DNA of 61,947 nt, counting the filler. It is 5 parts of 5 records of this genome, joined end to end, with 100 filler letters (N's around TTAATTAATTAA, not from the genome) between each part and the next. Parts side by side here need not be neighbours in the genome. Positions count along the whole stretch, not along the records: positions 1 to 6,382 come from SRR2962707_1758; positions 6,483 to 18,475 come from SRR2962707_1766; 3 more parts are not named here. The stretch is one strand, 5' to 3'. A program made the translations under genes and the position numbers. Under the pieces are notes generated by a model. The model searched no databases, was not told where the DNA came from, and saw only the letters and a program-made list of their open reading frames with translations. Numbering within the stretch: position 1 is the stretch's first letter; every line of letters begins with the position of its first letter. Shown in pieces: positions 1 through 10,216 of the stretch.

Positions 1-281
1 GAAAAAAGCACATCCATAGAATCTTTTGTCTGATCTCTTTTCGCTGTTGTTAGTGCGCAGCACTTCGCCACCTCGACAGTCGAAGCCGTTTTCTCACAAG
101 AATTTGTTGTTTGTTGTATTTGTTGTCGTTGCTCCGGCTGTGTGGGCGAAATATATGCTGCAGGTGCCTGCCAATTCGTGGACCAAACTCGAAAAAATGG
201 AGAGATTTTCATTGATTCACTCCTTAATTAATAAAACTCAAATCACACAACTTTGATTTATGAATGTGCATTGCCCGCTTT

Positions 282-3200
282 TTAATCGATACCGACACTG
301 CTACTAAACAACGAGTCGTTTTTGTGGACATCGATGTACCGCTGCGTCTTGTTGAGGGCAGCCTGAGAGTTCAGGACAGACAAATGAATGTGCAGTGAGA
401 AAAAGAAAGACACATTCGGTGCAAACGAAGCGGACTGCTTGGCCGACATCACGCGCGTTCAAGTGACCCAACACCCTCAACTCTCGACGTTGCTCTCACC
501 TGCAACTCGTTGAGATCGTGGTTTGATTGCAGCAGTGCTCCGTTTTGGCTGTGGATTTTGGTCCCAAGGTGAGACCGTCTTGCCTAGGGTGGCCGCGCGT
601 GTAAACGCACAGGTGATTGTCAGTTTTTGAAGCCGTTTCTTTCATCAACAATGCGGAATTGTTGCACGCACAACGCCTCGTCCAAACATACCAGATTCTC
701 GGCGCCTCTCTCCGCAAAATCGTCAACTTCCTCGAGAGTTCCAAGTGTCGAATAGTTTTTGCCACTTTGCCATCCCGCCGGGCCTCTAAAACTGCTGCTG
801 CCTCCAGCACCTCTGTTCAGCGAAGAACTGTTTTCGTCACTTGGGTAAACGTACCGCGGCACGCTGGATGTAAACGATGGGTTTGAAGTTGGCAGAGTGG
901 TTGAGGGTTGGTATTGATGCGACGCCTGGGGCTCATTGCGCACACTTTCCATTTTTGCTCGAAGCGTTGACTCCATTTCCCGAGCAGCCATGACAGCTCG
1001 GCGCGCCTCACGTCGCTCGTCCATAATTTTTTTCTTTGCCTGCACAAGCAATTGAACGGTAAGACGGCAAGAGACATTGCAAAGGAAATGGCTGCTTGTA
1101 CTCGGATTGTCAAGTTGGGAGCGACGAATTCCCAGCGCACCTCTTCAAGAGCAAGTTGCTTTCGATTAGTTTGCTCCCGAAGGGCTTGAATGCCATCTCG
1201 AATTTCTTCCATTTCACGTCGGTCAGCCTGAGCCTTCTCTTTTAATGAGCGGCTCTCCGCCACAAGTTCTTTCGCGTGTGCTTCTTGTTTCTGAGCCTAC
1301 GTACATTGTTGAATAGTCATGCGCAGTCTGCCGAGACGTTTTGTCACTAAAAAAAAACAACCACGCGGGGGCTGGTGCTGACCTCGTCGAATTTTTGCTG
1401 AACACTCATGCTTGCCTCTTGGACTGACTGCCCAAGAGTGGTCAACTGTGCCGCTTCGGTGTCGATAGCTTGTTTTTGCGCTTGCAGCTCGGCTCGCAGT
1501 CCTTCCAACTCGTTCTGAAAGTGGCAATGCGCAGGACAACCATGCCGCACAAACCATAAGCGCTAAACAACGAGTTTGCACGTCAGGCAAGATGCAAACA
1601 GCGCAGTTTGTCTCGAACACTTACGGCTTTCTTCGCAAGCTCTGACTTCTCTGCAACCAAGCGCTCGTGCTCAGCATCCAATTCGCGTTCTCTGGCCTGG
1701 AGCTGGATTGCAGCGGCATGGGCCTTTTCCACTGCTTTCTGCTGCGTGTGTGCAATGTCTTGGCGCAATTTTTCAAGCCTATTCTTTTCTCCTTCCACAT
1801 CAGCAAGGTCGTTCTCCAGCTTATTCTTCACCGTTACTCGTTCCGCCTCAAATTGTGCTTTGTCCTGCGACAATTGTTGGCGCTCACTACGCAAGTAGGC
1901 TCTCGTCTGTTCAGACTCAATTCTCAGCGTAGATTGCAAGCCATCAAGTCGCTCATGCTCCGAGCGAAGTCGTGCCTGACCATGTGAACGAAACAGTTAC
2001 AAATAGCGGCTAAGCAAGGCGAAAAGCGCACAGTTTTCGCTACAGAAACGCTTTGAAAGGATGATGCGTAGTCGACGCTTGCGTACCCTCTCTTCCTCAA
2101 CGACGCGAATCGCATCTTTTTCGGCACGTTCAGCGTTCTCAAGTTGAGCCTCAAGCCGACCTATTTTCTCTGTCATTTCTTCCACCTTCTTTCGCAGCTC
2201 ACGCTCCTCACGGCGGATTCCTAGACCATCAATCACAGCCTGCACGCCTAATGGTAACTTACCTAGTGATGAAAATACGCCGAGCAAGTAACATTTGTCA
2301 AAGCTTGAAAAAGGCACATATCTGGAAGTTCTACCTTGACTTTGCAACGAAAAAAAGCACGAACTGTCACTTCCACCGCCAGCAGTTCCACGGTATGCTT
2401 GTTGTAAAGTTGCAGGCATATTGTGCCCGCTGTTTCCACCATCCCCGCCTCCCATTATCGCACGAAGCGCTTCAGGGGACAGGGCTGCGCTTTGATTGGC
2501 CAGTTCTTGCTGATGCAACCGCTTGAGATGCGCAACTTCCTCTTCGTGGCGCTGGCGATGAATCTCGATTTGTTGATCGCGAAGTGCCTGATGATACGCA
2601 CAAAAGCCAAGAACTTCACTCGGCAACAAAATGCTGGCACGGCTACATCAAGCAATAACATGACATCATTGGTGGAATGGTTGATTGAGAGTCGTGTACC
2701 TGCTCAGCGCTATGATCTTGCTTCATCTTCTCGATGAGGGCCAGGCAGTCTTCTTCCCGACGCGTCACTCGTTCGAGTTCCCCAACCAGCGATTGAATCT
2801 TCTCAGTCATCTTGACATTGATGGCAAAGACAAGGTAAAAGGAGAGGATATCGAAACGGCTACTTGCACCAATAATTCGATGAACTTTTCGAATTCAATC
2901 ATCAACAAGAAATGCACGATATCCTTCTTTTTTCGTACCTTTGAGTTAGTCTCACTGAGTTGCGTGCGTAAGTGCATCTCCATGTCCTTCATTTGAGCAT
3001 CACTTTGCGAACGAAGTTGAACTTTGTCCATCTCGAGTTGATGCATTGCTAGATTCAGACGGTGCACGTCTGCAGCCTGGAAAACGCAGTTTCAAAGTTG
3101 CCATGGCGGTAAGGGGTCTTCAAGTTGACACATGATACTGAGAAATTTCTTCAGCTCAAAGAAAACGTGACATTGATGCATTGAGGAATGCCGTAACATG

Positions 3201-6200
3201 ATCCAGATCGGCGCACCTTTGCTGCCACTTCCGCACGCGACTTTGTGAGTTCAGCATCGGTGGCTTGCAGCTTTTGCTCCAATTTGAATTTATCCATCTC
3301 CATTGACTTTATTTTTTCGGCCATTTTCTCGTGCTTTGCAAGCACGCGCCCGTCCGTGATGCTTGCCGTCGCTTGCTCTGTGGCTGTACGTACCTATTCG
3401 ATACAACAAACACACTGTGTCAACTGTTGCAACCATGCACTGTAATAGTAACCGCGCACTGCAACTGTCCGCGTGCACTGAACTTGAGCCAAGAAGTGCT
3501 TGCCTCATCGAATTCACGCTCCATGCGCTGCATTTCGCGCTCCATGTCCTCGCATTGTTGAGCAAGACGGCCGCATGTTCGTTCACTCTCTTGAAAAAGA
3601 TACTCAGCTTTGTCCTTCTCAACTTTCATTTCGTGCACTTGCTTGAGTGCCTGCACGCGCTCGCGCTCAGCCCTAAATGGCAACACGTACAAATGTGACG
3701 TTAACAAGAGCAGGCACGTTGTCACTTCGACCAAAGTCATATAAAACAAACGCACTTTGCCAAATCATCCTCTGCACGGCGAAGCTGAGTTTCACGATCG
3801 TCAAGCTCTTTTTCAAGCTCGCGAATATCTTCTGCACCTTTCTGAATGAGTTCAGCGTGCGCCTGTGTGACGCTTGTCTCCTTCACTTGCCGTTTTAGAG
3901 TCTCAACCTCACGTGCCTTGGCTTCCAGCAATGAGTCCTTGTTCTTTAGTTCAACCTCGCAGCTTTTTCGAACGTCTTCCACCTTCCATTCGAGATCACG
4001 GATGCGGCGCTCCTTTTCAAGTACACGACGCTCCAAGTCATCGATATCATCTTGTTGAGTAACTTTTGACACACGGGTTTCTTGTTCGAGCTTCCACGTC
4101 AACTCCTGGACTCGGTGTTCCTTGTCAGCGGCACTTTGCAGAGCCTCTTGTTTGTCTCGAGTCAAGTCGGAAATTTCTGCCTCCAGAGACTTCACTTGCC
4201 GTTGCATCTCTGCAAACTGTCGTTGTGCGGTCTCAAATGAGTGCTGCAATGAGTCGTGTTCTTGACGTAGTGCCTGCAGAACATACGAGGAGAAAAGCAC
4301 TTGTCAAGCACAAAAAAATGAATGGACGACAAAGTTGCGAACGTAGATTCTACCACGCACCAATTGTCCTTTTCTGCGCTCTTCACACTTGCGCTCAAGG
4401 GCTTCGCACTCGCGATCCTTGCTGTCAAGTTGGAGCTCCAAGTCTCGGATTTGGACTTGCAACTGCTTGGACAAACGCTCATGTTCCAGATGTGCAACTC
4501 TCCCTCCAACTGCTGCTGCATCTCGTTCGGCAGCCTCTTCAGTCAGCATCTTATTACGACGGGTAAGTTCTTGCAATGACAGTTGCGCTTCTTTCACCTA
4601 CACAGGAATGTTGAAAGGCAATGGATAGGGTTTATGAATATGTCAGAGGCGCGAGCAGAAACACAGACTAAGTAGCTTGACGAACCTGCAGTTCAAGCTC
4701 AGTATTTCGCTGGCGTGAAGCCTCAATTTGACGTTTAAGTGCCATGGTCTCTTGATGCAAACCCTGCCGCTGGAATTCGGCATTGGCAACAGTTTCGCGT
4801 CGCTGTTTCTCACCGGATGCCTTTGCCTGTTCAAGTTCGACCTTTAGTGATTTCACCTGCATGATGGCCAACCAAAAAGCGTGATTAGTTGCAGAAGCTT
4901 GATAGATTCTGAGTGTAGAAATGCTGCTTGGCAGCCGCTGTTGTTGGCTTCAAACTTGCCTGCAAGTCAAGATCATGAAGTGCTGCCTCCTTCTGTGCAA
5001 TCTGCTCATTGTGCTGATCGCGAGCCACCATGGAGTGCATTGCTTGGGAAAGCTCTTCACATCGCCGTTCAAACATTGCATTCTTTGAAGTGGCAGCTCG
5101 CAGGCGTTGTTCAAGATCTTCAATCTTTCCTCGCGCTAGCACGGCCTCCTGCGAAGTTAAAAAACAAAAAAGAAAGAAAAAAAAGGTATTCAAAATGAAG
5201 GAAGCGCATGCAAATACTTGCAACCGGGTGAGGCATGAACATTTCCACACTCTACCAACCTGATCAAAGCGTCCACCCCCTGTGTGTTGCTCGAATACTT
5301 TTTCCTTCAGTTCCGCGTTGCGGGTCTCTAAGAGCTTCACATTGTCAGAGGCTGACTCGAGGTCTTGCTTGAGACGGCGCACCTCCCTGCCAGCGTCGCT
5401 GGCCTCACGTGTTGCTTGGGCTGCCTCCTCTTCAAGACGTTGCATTTGCAGGCGGTCTGTTGCAATCTGTTTGGACAAAGATTCTATGCGCCGCTCGTAG
5501 GTACCATAGTGCTCGGCGTTCCCACCTCCAGTCAGCTGAAGTTCTTGCAGTTGGTGTCGCAGCTCTTTTGCCCGGCGCGTGGCATCAGCCGCCTGCATAA
5601 GCACCAAAGCGTATCGTCAAGCAACGCAAGACAACAAACAACACCCGCTGCTGTTTGCACCCGTGCTGCAGGAAACACATGAAAGTCAATTCAGTGCATC
5701 ACGGATATGTTTTTACCGTACCTCTTCTGTCTTCAGCTCACTCTGGTGCTGTGCCACTCGAAGCGCCTTTTTCTGCTCTGAAAATTTGACTTCAAGCTGG
5801 TGCATTTCTTCACTATACTTTTTGTCAGCCTCGTCTTTAGCTGCCAGGAGTCGGTGAATTTGGGCCTTTTGTGCCTCAATGGTTGCTTCGTAAGCCCCGA
5901 TATCAACTCCCAACGCACTCTCCAGTTCTGCAATTTTGGCTTCTCGCTCCTCGATAACGTTGTCCCGCTCACGGACTTGAATGGCTGCGTCTTGCGAAGC
6001 AGTCAATGCCCGTGTTTTTGCCTATGGTATTGATGGAAATGGGGAAGCACCAAAGGACAGTGCCCAGTCAAAAGACTTGGCAGTAAACTGGAGCAAGCGA
6101 AGCCAACTATGGGTACATTCAAGAGCAAAATCCAATCTACACACCAATGCAAGCTCGTCTCTGACAGCTTGTAAAGCGGCTGCTTGCTGAGCCTGTACCA

Positions 6201-6382
6201 CAGCTTCTTGCCCAGCAGCTGCCGTGGCGTTGCTTACTTGGCTCGCCAAGTCCGCGTTTCGGCGGCGAAGGTTTTCAACTTCCTCTTCAAGTTCCTTCAA
6301 TTTTCGAGTCATTTCTGGGCTGGGCCCTGCCGGTACTGGGGCGGGAGCAGGTGCTGGAGCCGGAGCCGGAGCTGGAGCCGGA
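282..6382 (-). CDS. Large multi-exon eukaryotic coiled-coil protein, 5'-truncated by the contig end; C-terminal half FBF1-like (ciliary transition fibre/distal appendage), tentative
   Basis: E/K/Q/R/L-rich minus-strand ORF fragments join in frame across ~18 introns of ~80-140 nt, e.g. 6022-6144, 5593-5721, 5149-5259, 4857-4959 (GC-AG), 4598-4685, 4274-4360, 3673-3755, 3394-3503 (GC-AG), 3077-3216, 363-499. The last exon 362..282 reads AALNKTQRYID...GID*. Exon structure is well supported; the FBF1 identity is recalled similarity only. Confidence 0.75.
6335..6382 (-). repeat. Coding hexamer repeat encoding a Pro-Ala linker (PAPAPAPAP), at the contig break
   Basis: GC(C/T)GGA units in tandem, in frame with ...PVPAGPSPEMTRKLKELEEE on the minus strand. 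Confidence 0.85.
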
Positions 6383-6482
6383 NNNNNNNNNNNNNNNNNN
6401 NNNNNNNNNNNNNNNNNNNNNNNNNNTTAATTAATTAANNNNNNNNNNNNNNNNNNNNNNNNNNNNNNNNNNNNNNNNNNNN
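6383..6482. other. Artificial contig-joining linker
   Basis: 44 N + TTAATTAATTAA (stops in all six frames) + 44 N; identical to three other linkers. Confidence 0.98.
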
Positions 6483-6527
6483 TTTGAATTCCCGAAGATC
6501 GTCTGTGGTAATAATACTTGTTGGCAT
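6483..6527 (-). CDS. N-terminal fragment of an excisionase-like helix-turn-helix protein of Bacteroidota ICEs (truncated by contig end)
   Basis: ATG at 6527 reads MPTSIITTDDLREFK, the typical N-terminus of flavobacterial ICE HTH proteins found downstream of rteC; too short for the ORF track. Confidence 0.7.
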
Positions 6528-6630
6528 AATAGAACGATTTATGGAAAAGCCTCAATAAATTAAATAGTAGACTTTTACCTGATTTAACTTTCGTTCTACG
6601 AATTTGAAGAGTTTTATTGGGTTTTATTCA

Positions 6631-6777
6631 CAAGTCGAACCCAAGTTGGGTGAAGATTTAACATTCTATTATTTAGCGTTTTTTGAGATGATTTAATTGA
6701 TTAAAAGCTAACTCCATTATACAAAATGGGCTTAAATTTACTTTTAAAAGAAACACCCAAGTTGGTTGTAACTTGGG
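6631..6777. promoter_or_regulatory. CCCAAGTT-type inverted repeats, candidate RteC-binding sites
   Basis: Palindrome CCCAA-G-TTGGG at 6640-6650 and perfect inverted repeat CCCAAGTT-N6-AACTTGGG at 6756-6777, between rteC and the HTH gene. Confidence 0.45.
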
Positions 6778-6806
6778 GATCTATTCTGTGAATGATTGCT
6801 TTTAAT

Positions 6807-7646
6807 TTAGTTATCTGCTTCTTTAATTTTTTTCAGGAGGCTTATTTTCAATAAATCTAAAAATCTAGCGTAATCTTCTTTACGACCTCTGATTTCCAAA
6901 AAGCTTCGGTAGTAATTTCCTAAGTCAATGTCAAATATTTTTTCAAAAGCGGTCGCTAAATCCTTAATGTCTCCTTTTACGGCTCCAGATGCTATTAATG
7001 AATAAATAAGTTCAATTAAATCAATTTTATTTGAAGTCCAGGTAAGGCTCAAACTTTCTAATAATTTTTCATTGTTAGAAATTTTTCTTGTTGATTTTTT
7101 CAAGTCATTCAATTCGTTAGTGTAGTGGTTTAATAATAGGTCATATGCTAAAATCTTTGCAACAGCATTATCGTGGCTCGTAGAGAATTCAGCATCTGTA
7201 TAAAAATGGGAAGTGTCGGACAGTAAACCTATGTTATCATTACCGCGTAAAAAATAAAACTCATCTAGAAAGGTGGCATTCTGTCTGTAATATTTAATAA
7301 ACTCACTATTATAGTAGTAATATTCTTGTAGTTTTTTTATTTCTGTATCTAAGTAATTACGCTTTGACTTATCAGTGCCTCTTGGTTTCTGAAGTAGATA
7401 CTTGTATAACTTAGCATAAAATTTAAGTTGTCCGTAGATAAATGGTTTTTGTTTTTTAAAAAAGAGGATTTCATTTTCTTTATTGATGAAATTTCTCTTG
7501 CGCAGTACAACTCTTAGTTGCTGTAGATATTTTCGAGATAATTTAATGCCTTTTTCGACGTTTGAAAATTCATTTAGGTTCTTATCGTTAACATCATCAA
7601 GAGCCAACTTACATTCATCAAGTATATGTTGTATTTCATTTGTCAA
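6807..7646 (-). CDS. rteC: RteC domain-containing transcriptional regulator
   Basis: Motifs EILFFKKQKP, FIKYYR, YFLRG, FSTSHD, LTWTSNKIDLIELIYSL, IDLGNYYRSFLEIRGRK typical of RteC. Confidence 0.92.
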   Translation of the reverse strand: MTNEIQHILDECKLALDDVNDKNLNEFSNVEKGIKLSRKYLQQLRVVLRKRNFINKENEILFFKKQKPFIYGQLKFYAKLYKYLLQKPRGTDKSKRNYLDTEIKKLQEYYYYNSEFIKYYRQNATFLDEFYFLRGNDNIGLLSDTSHFYTDAEFSTSHDNAVAKILAYDLLLNHYTNELNDLKKSTRKISNNEKLLESLSLTWTSNKIDLIELIYSLIASGAVKGDIKDLATAFEKIFDIDLGNYYRSFLEIRGRKEDYARFLDLLKISLLKKIKEADN

Positions 7647-7696
7647 AATTAAACTCTGTTTCTAAATAATTTTTTTCATATTTTGCTTTCGTTCAA

Positions 7697-7925
7697 TTAT
7701 TGCTCATAAACCGATCATCACTAATGCGAGTATAATAAAACTGGCATAAGTCCAAGGATTGTATCAACCCTTATAAATAATAAATTGACCAATAGTTGCT
7801 CCCAATGTTGACACTTAAATTTCCGAATAAATTAGCTAAGCTATTGATAAATAAATTTTAGAACATTAGAAACAGTAAAAACCATATCTGTAGATACATT
7901 CAAAATGCCTACAATTTTGAATAGA
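7697..7925 (-). pseudogene. Possible decayed small membrane protein gene (DoxX-like)
   Basis: Broken hydrophobic segments LFKIVGILNV... / LGATIGQFII / PWTYASFIILALVMIGL in different frames with stops. Confidence 0.3.
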
Positions 7926-8117
7926 CTTTGTCCGAATGTATTTCTTAATCAAAATGGTTTGTAGTCTCATTGAATAATAGCAATATTGAGAGTTCAATAA
8001 AAATAGGAAATGGATTTTGCCGATGGTTTTGCAAAATTTTGAATTTCAAACTGACAAACATTTGTCTCAATATTATTCCAGTACTAAGGCTACTATTTTG
8101 AGCGAACAAAAATGAAC

Positions 8118-8340
8118 GTCGAGTAGGTAAGGGGGAGTCTCACCCCCTAAACGCCCATACAACCGAAAGTGGACCTTAGAATTCATACGGCTCTTCTTGA
8201 TCAAAACATTTTACTAAGGTCTCCAGCAGGGATATTTCCAATGCTTAAAGAGTCTTGGAAAATATTTTGAGTGTCTTCGGGGTTACTTGGTCGGTCTGCG
8301 TTGGAATCTGCGGTATTTATTCCGCAGCCATTTCCCAAGC
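8118..8340 (-). mobile_element. Degenerate 3' remnant of a bacterial group II intron (maturase C-terminus + domains V and VI)
   Basis: Minus strand reads LGKWLRNKYRRF...* then KYFPRLFKHWKY (TAG at 8216-8214). Next come a DV-like GAGCCGTATGAA...CGGTT from 8193 and a DVI hairpin GGGGGTGAGACTCCCCC-TTACCTACTCGAC ending at 8118. Confidence 0.85.
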
Positions 8341-8421
8341 TAAAAAAACCTTTGACAGAACTCTTAACCCTCCAGACTGATGCAAAACCGATGATATTAC
8401 TAGCATTGCTTTAATTAGTTC

Positions 8422-9162
8422 TTACCATGGAATCTCCCCTGTTTCAGGATTATGAAATTCGCTGATAAATTTCCCATTTGGTCCGTCCTGACCAATGATG
8501 GCATATTTAGCAATGCGTCCCCCTGCATTTTCAGCTGTATCAGTGCCATTGTGGTTGTTGAAATCAGTGGCGATAAAGCCGGGGTCAACAGCATTTACTT
8601 TAAAGGCAGTTTCCCGTAATTCATAGGCAAGGCAGACGGTGTACATATTTAATGCTGCTTTGGAAGGGCCGTAAACCGCTGCCTTATGATGATAAAACTC
8701 CCAGCTTGGGTCGCTGTGTAAAGTGATGGAGCATCCGCTTGAAGATACATTGACGATTCGGGGTTCGGGAGATTTTCTTAGCAAATCAATAAAAGATTGG
8801 GTAACCCTTACCACTCCAAATAAATTTGTATCGAAAACCTCTTTATAAGTATCTATGCCTGAGTTAATTGATGTTTGGGGGAAACCTCCTCCGCTTATTC
8901 CTGCATTGTTAATGAGTGCATCCAGTACTTTGGTGCTTTTGCCTATCTCAATACGGGCAGCATTTATGGATTCCTGATCGGTGACATCTATTTGTATCGC
9001 TTTTAAATGGTCCAAACCTTCGGCTTTAAGTTTTTCTACAGCTTTCAGACCGTTTTCTATTTTGCGGCTGCCCAGGTACACAAATAGTCCTTTTTGCAAT
9101 AATTGCCGTGCCGTTTCATAGCCCACGCCTTTGTTAGCTCCTGTGACTAATGCTGATTTCAT
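8422..9162 (-). CDS. SDR family NAD(P)-dependent oxidoreductase (carbonyl reductase-like)
   Basis: TGANKGVG, NNAG, YGPSK; start set at MKSALVTG (9162). Confidence 0.92.
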   Translation of the reverse strand: MKSALVTGANKGVGYETARQLLQKGLFVYLGSRKIENGLKAVEKLKAEGLDHLKAIQIDVTDQESINAARIEIGKSTKVLDALINNAGISGGGFPQTSINSGIDTYKEVFDTNLFGVVRVTQSFIDLLRKSPEPRIVNVSSSGCSITLHSDPSWEFYHHKAAVYGPSKAALNMYTVCLAYELRETAFKVNAVDPGFIATDFNNHNGTDTAENAGGRIAKYAIIGQDGPNGKFISEFHNPETGEIPW

Positions 9163-9187
9163 ATTTCTGATTTTTAAATTAATATTA

Positions 9188-9231
9188 CAAAGCTGCATAT
9201 TTCAGAAATGAAACCACTTGTCATTTGGCAA
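9188..9231 (-). promoter_or_regulatory. Promoter of the SDR gene with a near-palindromic Crp/Fnr-type box
   Basis: TTGTCA-TT-TGGCAA at 9218-9231, 22 nt upstream of a -7-like CAGCTTTG (9195-9188); the adjacent gene is Crp/Fnr family. Confidence 0.5.
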
Positions 9232-9240
9232 AAAGCGTTT

Positions 9241-9810
9241 TTATTGGATATTTTTTCTTATTCTGCTCAATGAAGAAGGTGTAATGCCCAAATAAGATGC
9301 AAGATGTGATAATGGAATGCGGTTGGCAAGCTGCGGGAATTTATCTATAAATGTCAAATACCGGGTGGTCGCATCTTGTTCGATCAACGGACTTCTTTTT
9401 TCCAATTTTTGCAGTAAGATTTTCTGTATCATCTTATTCACGAGGTTATCCCAACCGGGCATGCTTTGAGAAAATGCTTCCCAATCGGACTTCGATATAA
9501 CGATTAGTTTGCAGTCCGTTACCGCTTGTATGTATTCGGAGCTTTCCATATGGCTCTCGAAGCTTTTCATTTCTACCACCAACTGGTTTTCATCAAAGAA
9601 ATAGCGGGTTATATCTTCGCCTTTATTGTTGTAATAGCAAACCCGCACCACACCTTCGACAATAAACCCTACTTGTTGTGCAATTTTTCCTGCTTCTGAA
9701 AAGTACTCATCGTTCTTCAACTCTAACTCTTTTACCCTCTCGGAAATAAATGCTATTTGCTGTTCGTTTAATTGTCCGAAATGTAAGATATATTCGATAA
9801 ATTCTTTCAT
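9241..9810 (-). CDS. Crp/Fnr family transcriptional regulator (Bacteroidota type)
   Basis: cNMP-like N-domain GFIVEGVVRVCYY; C-terminal RIPLSHLASYLGITPSSLSRIR. Confidence 0.92.
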   Translation of the reverse strand: MKEFIEYILHFGQLNEQQIAFISERVKELELKNDEYFSEAGKIAQQVGFIVEGVVRVCYYNNKGEDITRYFFDENQLVVEMKSFESHMESSEYIQAVTDCKLIVISKSDWEAFSQSMPGWDNLVNKMIQKILLQKLEKRSPLIEQDATTRYLTFIDKFPQLANRIPLSHLASYLGITPSSLSRIRKNIQ

Positions 9811-9999
9811 AGCCGCAAGTTAGTGATTTTTATTCCTTTCGAATTTTACCTGTTTAAAAGTGTTCTTTCTGGGGGATAGTCCTTAAAAACCTCCAAATCC
9901 ACGATTCTTGACCCCTCTATAATCACTCATACCAAGGTCGAAGAACTTTCGAAATAGATTAAAATGGCTAGCTATACTCATTAAATTTTGTGTCCTTTA

Positions 10000-10205
10000 A
10001 AAGTAAAGTTGTTCACTAGCCAACTAGAGGTCTTGCATCAGCGCATCAGCTTGTGTCAATAAAGAGATCAGTGGAAAGGTTCATTTACCGGTTCTCAATG
10101 CTGCATTAATTTTTTCCGCTGGCACTTCCACTTTCTCTAATGCCAAATGTGCTAAAGTCATCTCTGCATTTTTAATACTGTTCTATTTTGGAATCAGGCG
10201 TTCTT
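10000..10205 (-). pseudogene. Decayed C-terminal copy of the SDR gene at 13164-14084
   Basis: Reads RLIPK*NSIKNAEMTLAHLALEKVEVPAEKINAALRTGK*TFPLISLLTQADALMQDL*LASEQL versus intact RMLPKSNSIQDAGITLAHLALGKVEVPAANIYVALRAGKITFPLPSKLAQNDTLMQELWRDSEQL; three in-frame stops. Confidence 0.88.
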
Positions 10206-10216
10206 AACTGTATTTA

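Noticed and set aside
26-256. 76-aa plus-strand ORF at the window start
   Set aside because: TTG start, low-complexity TTG-rich sequence and no motif; likely intergenic or UTR
282-6382. Many short ORFs suggesting stop-codon reassignment or a fragmented pseudogene
   Set aside because: The stops fall inside introns with GT/GC-AG ends; the exons join in frame under the standard code
6427-6438. TTAATTAATTAA as a biological repeat or att site
   Set aside because: It is a standard six-frame stop spacer embedded in Ns, repeated identically four times
8118-8340. Active retron or mobile group II intron
   Set aside because: No RT domain or 5' intron domains; the remnant has a stop/frameshift and a damaged domain V
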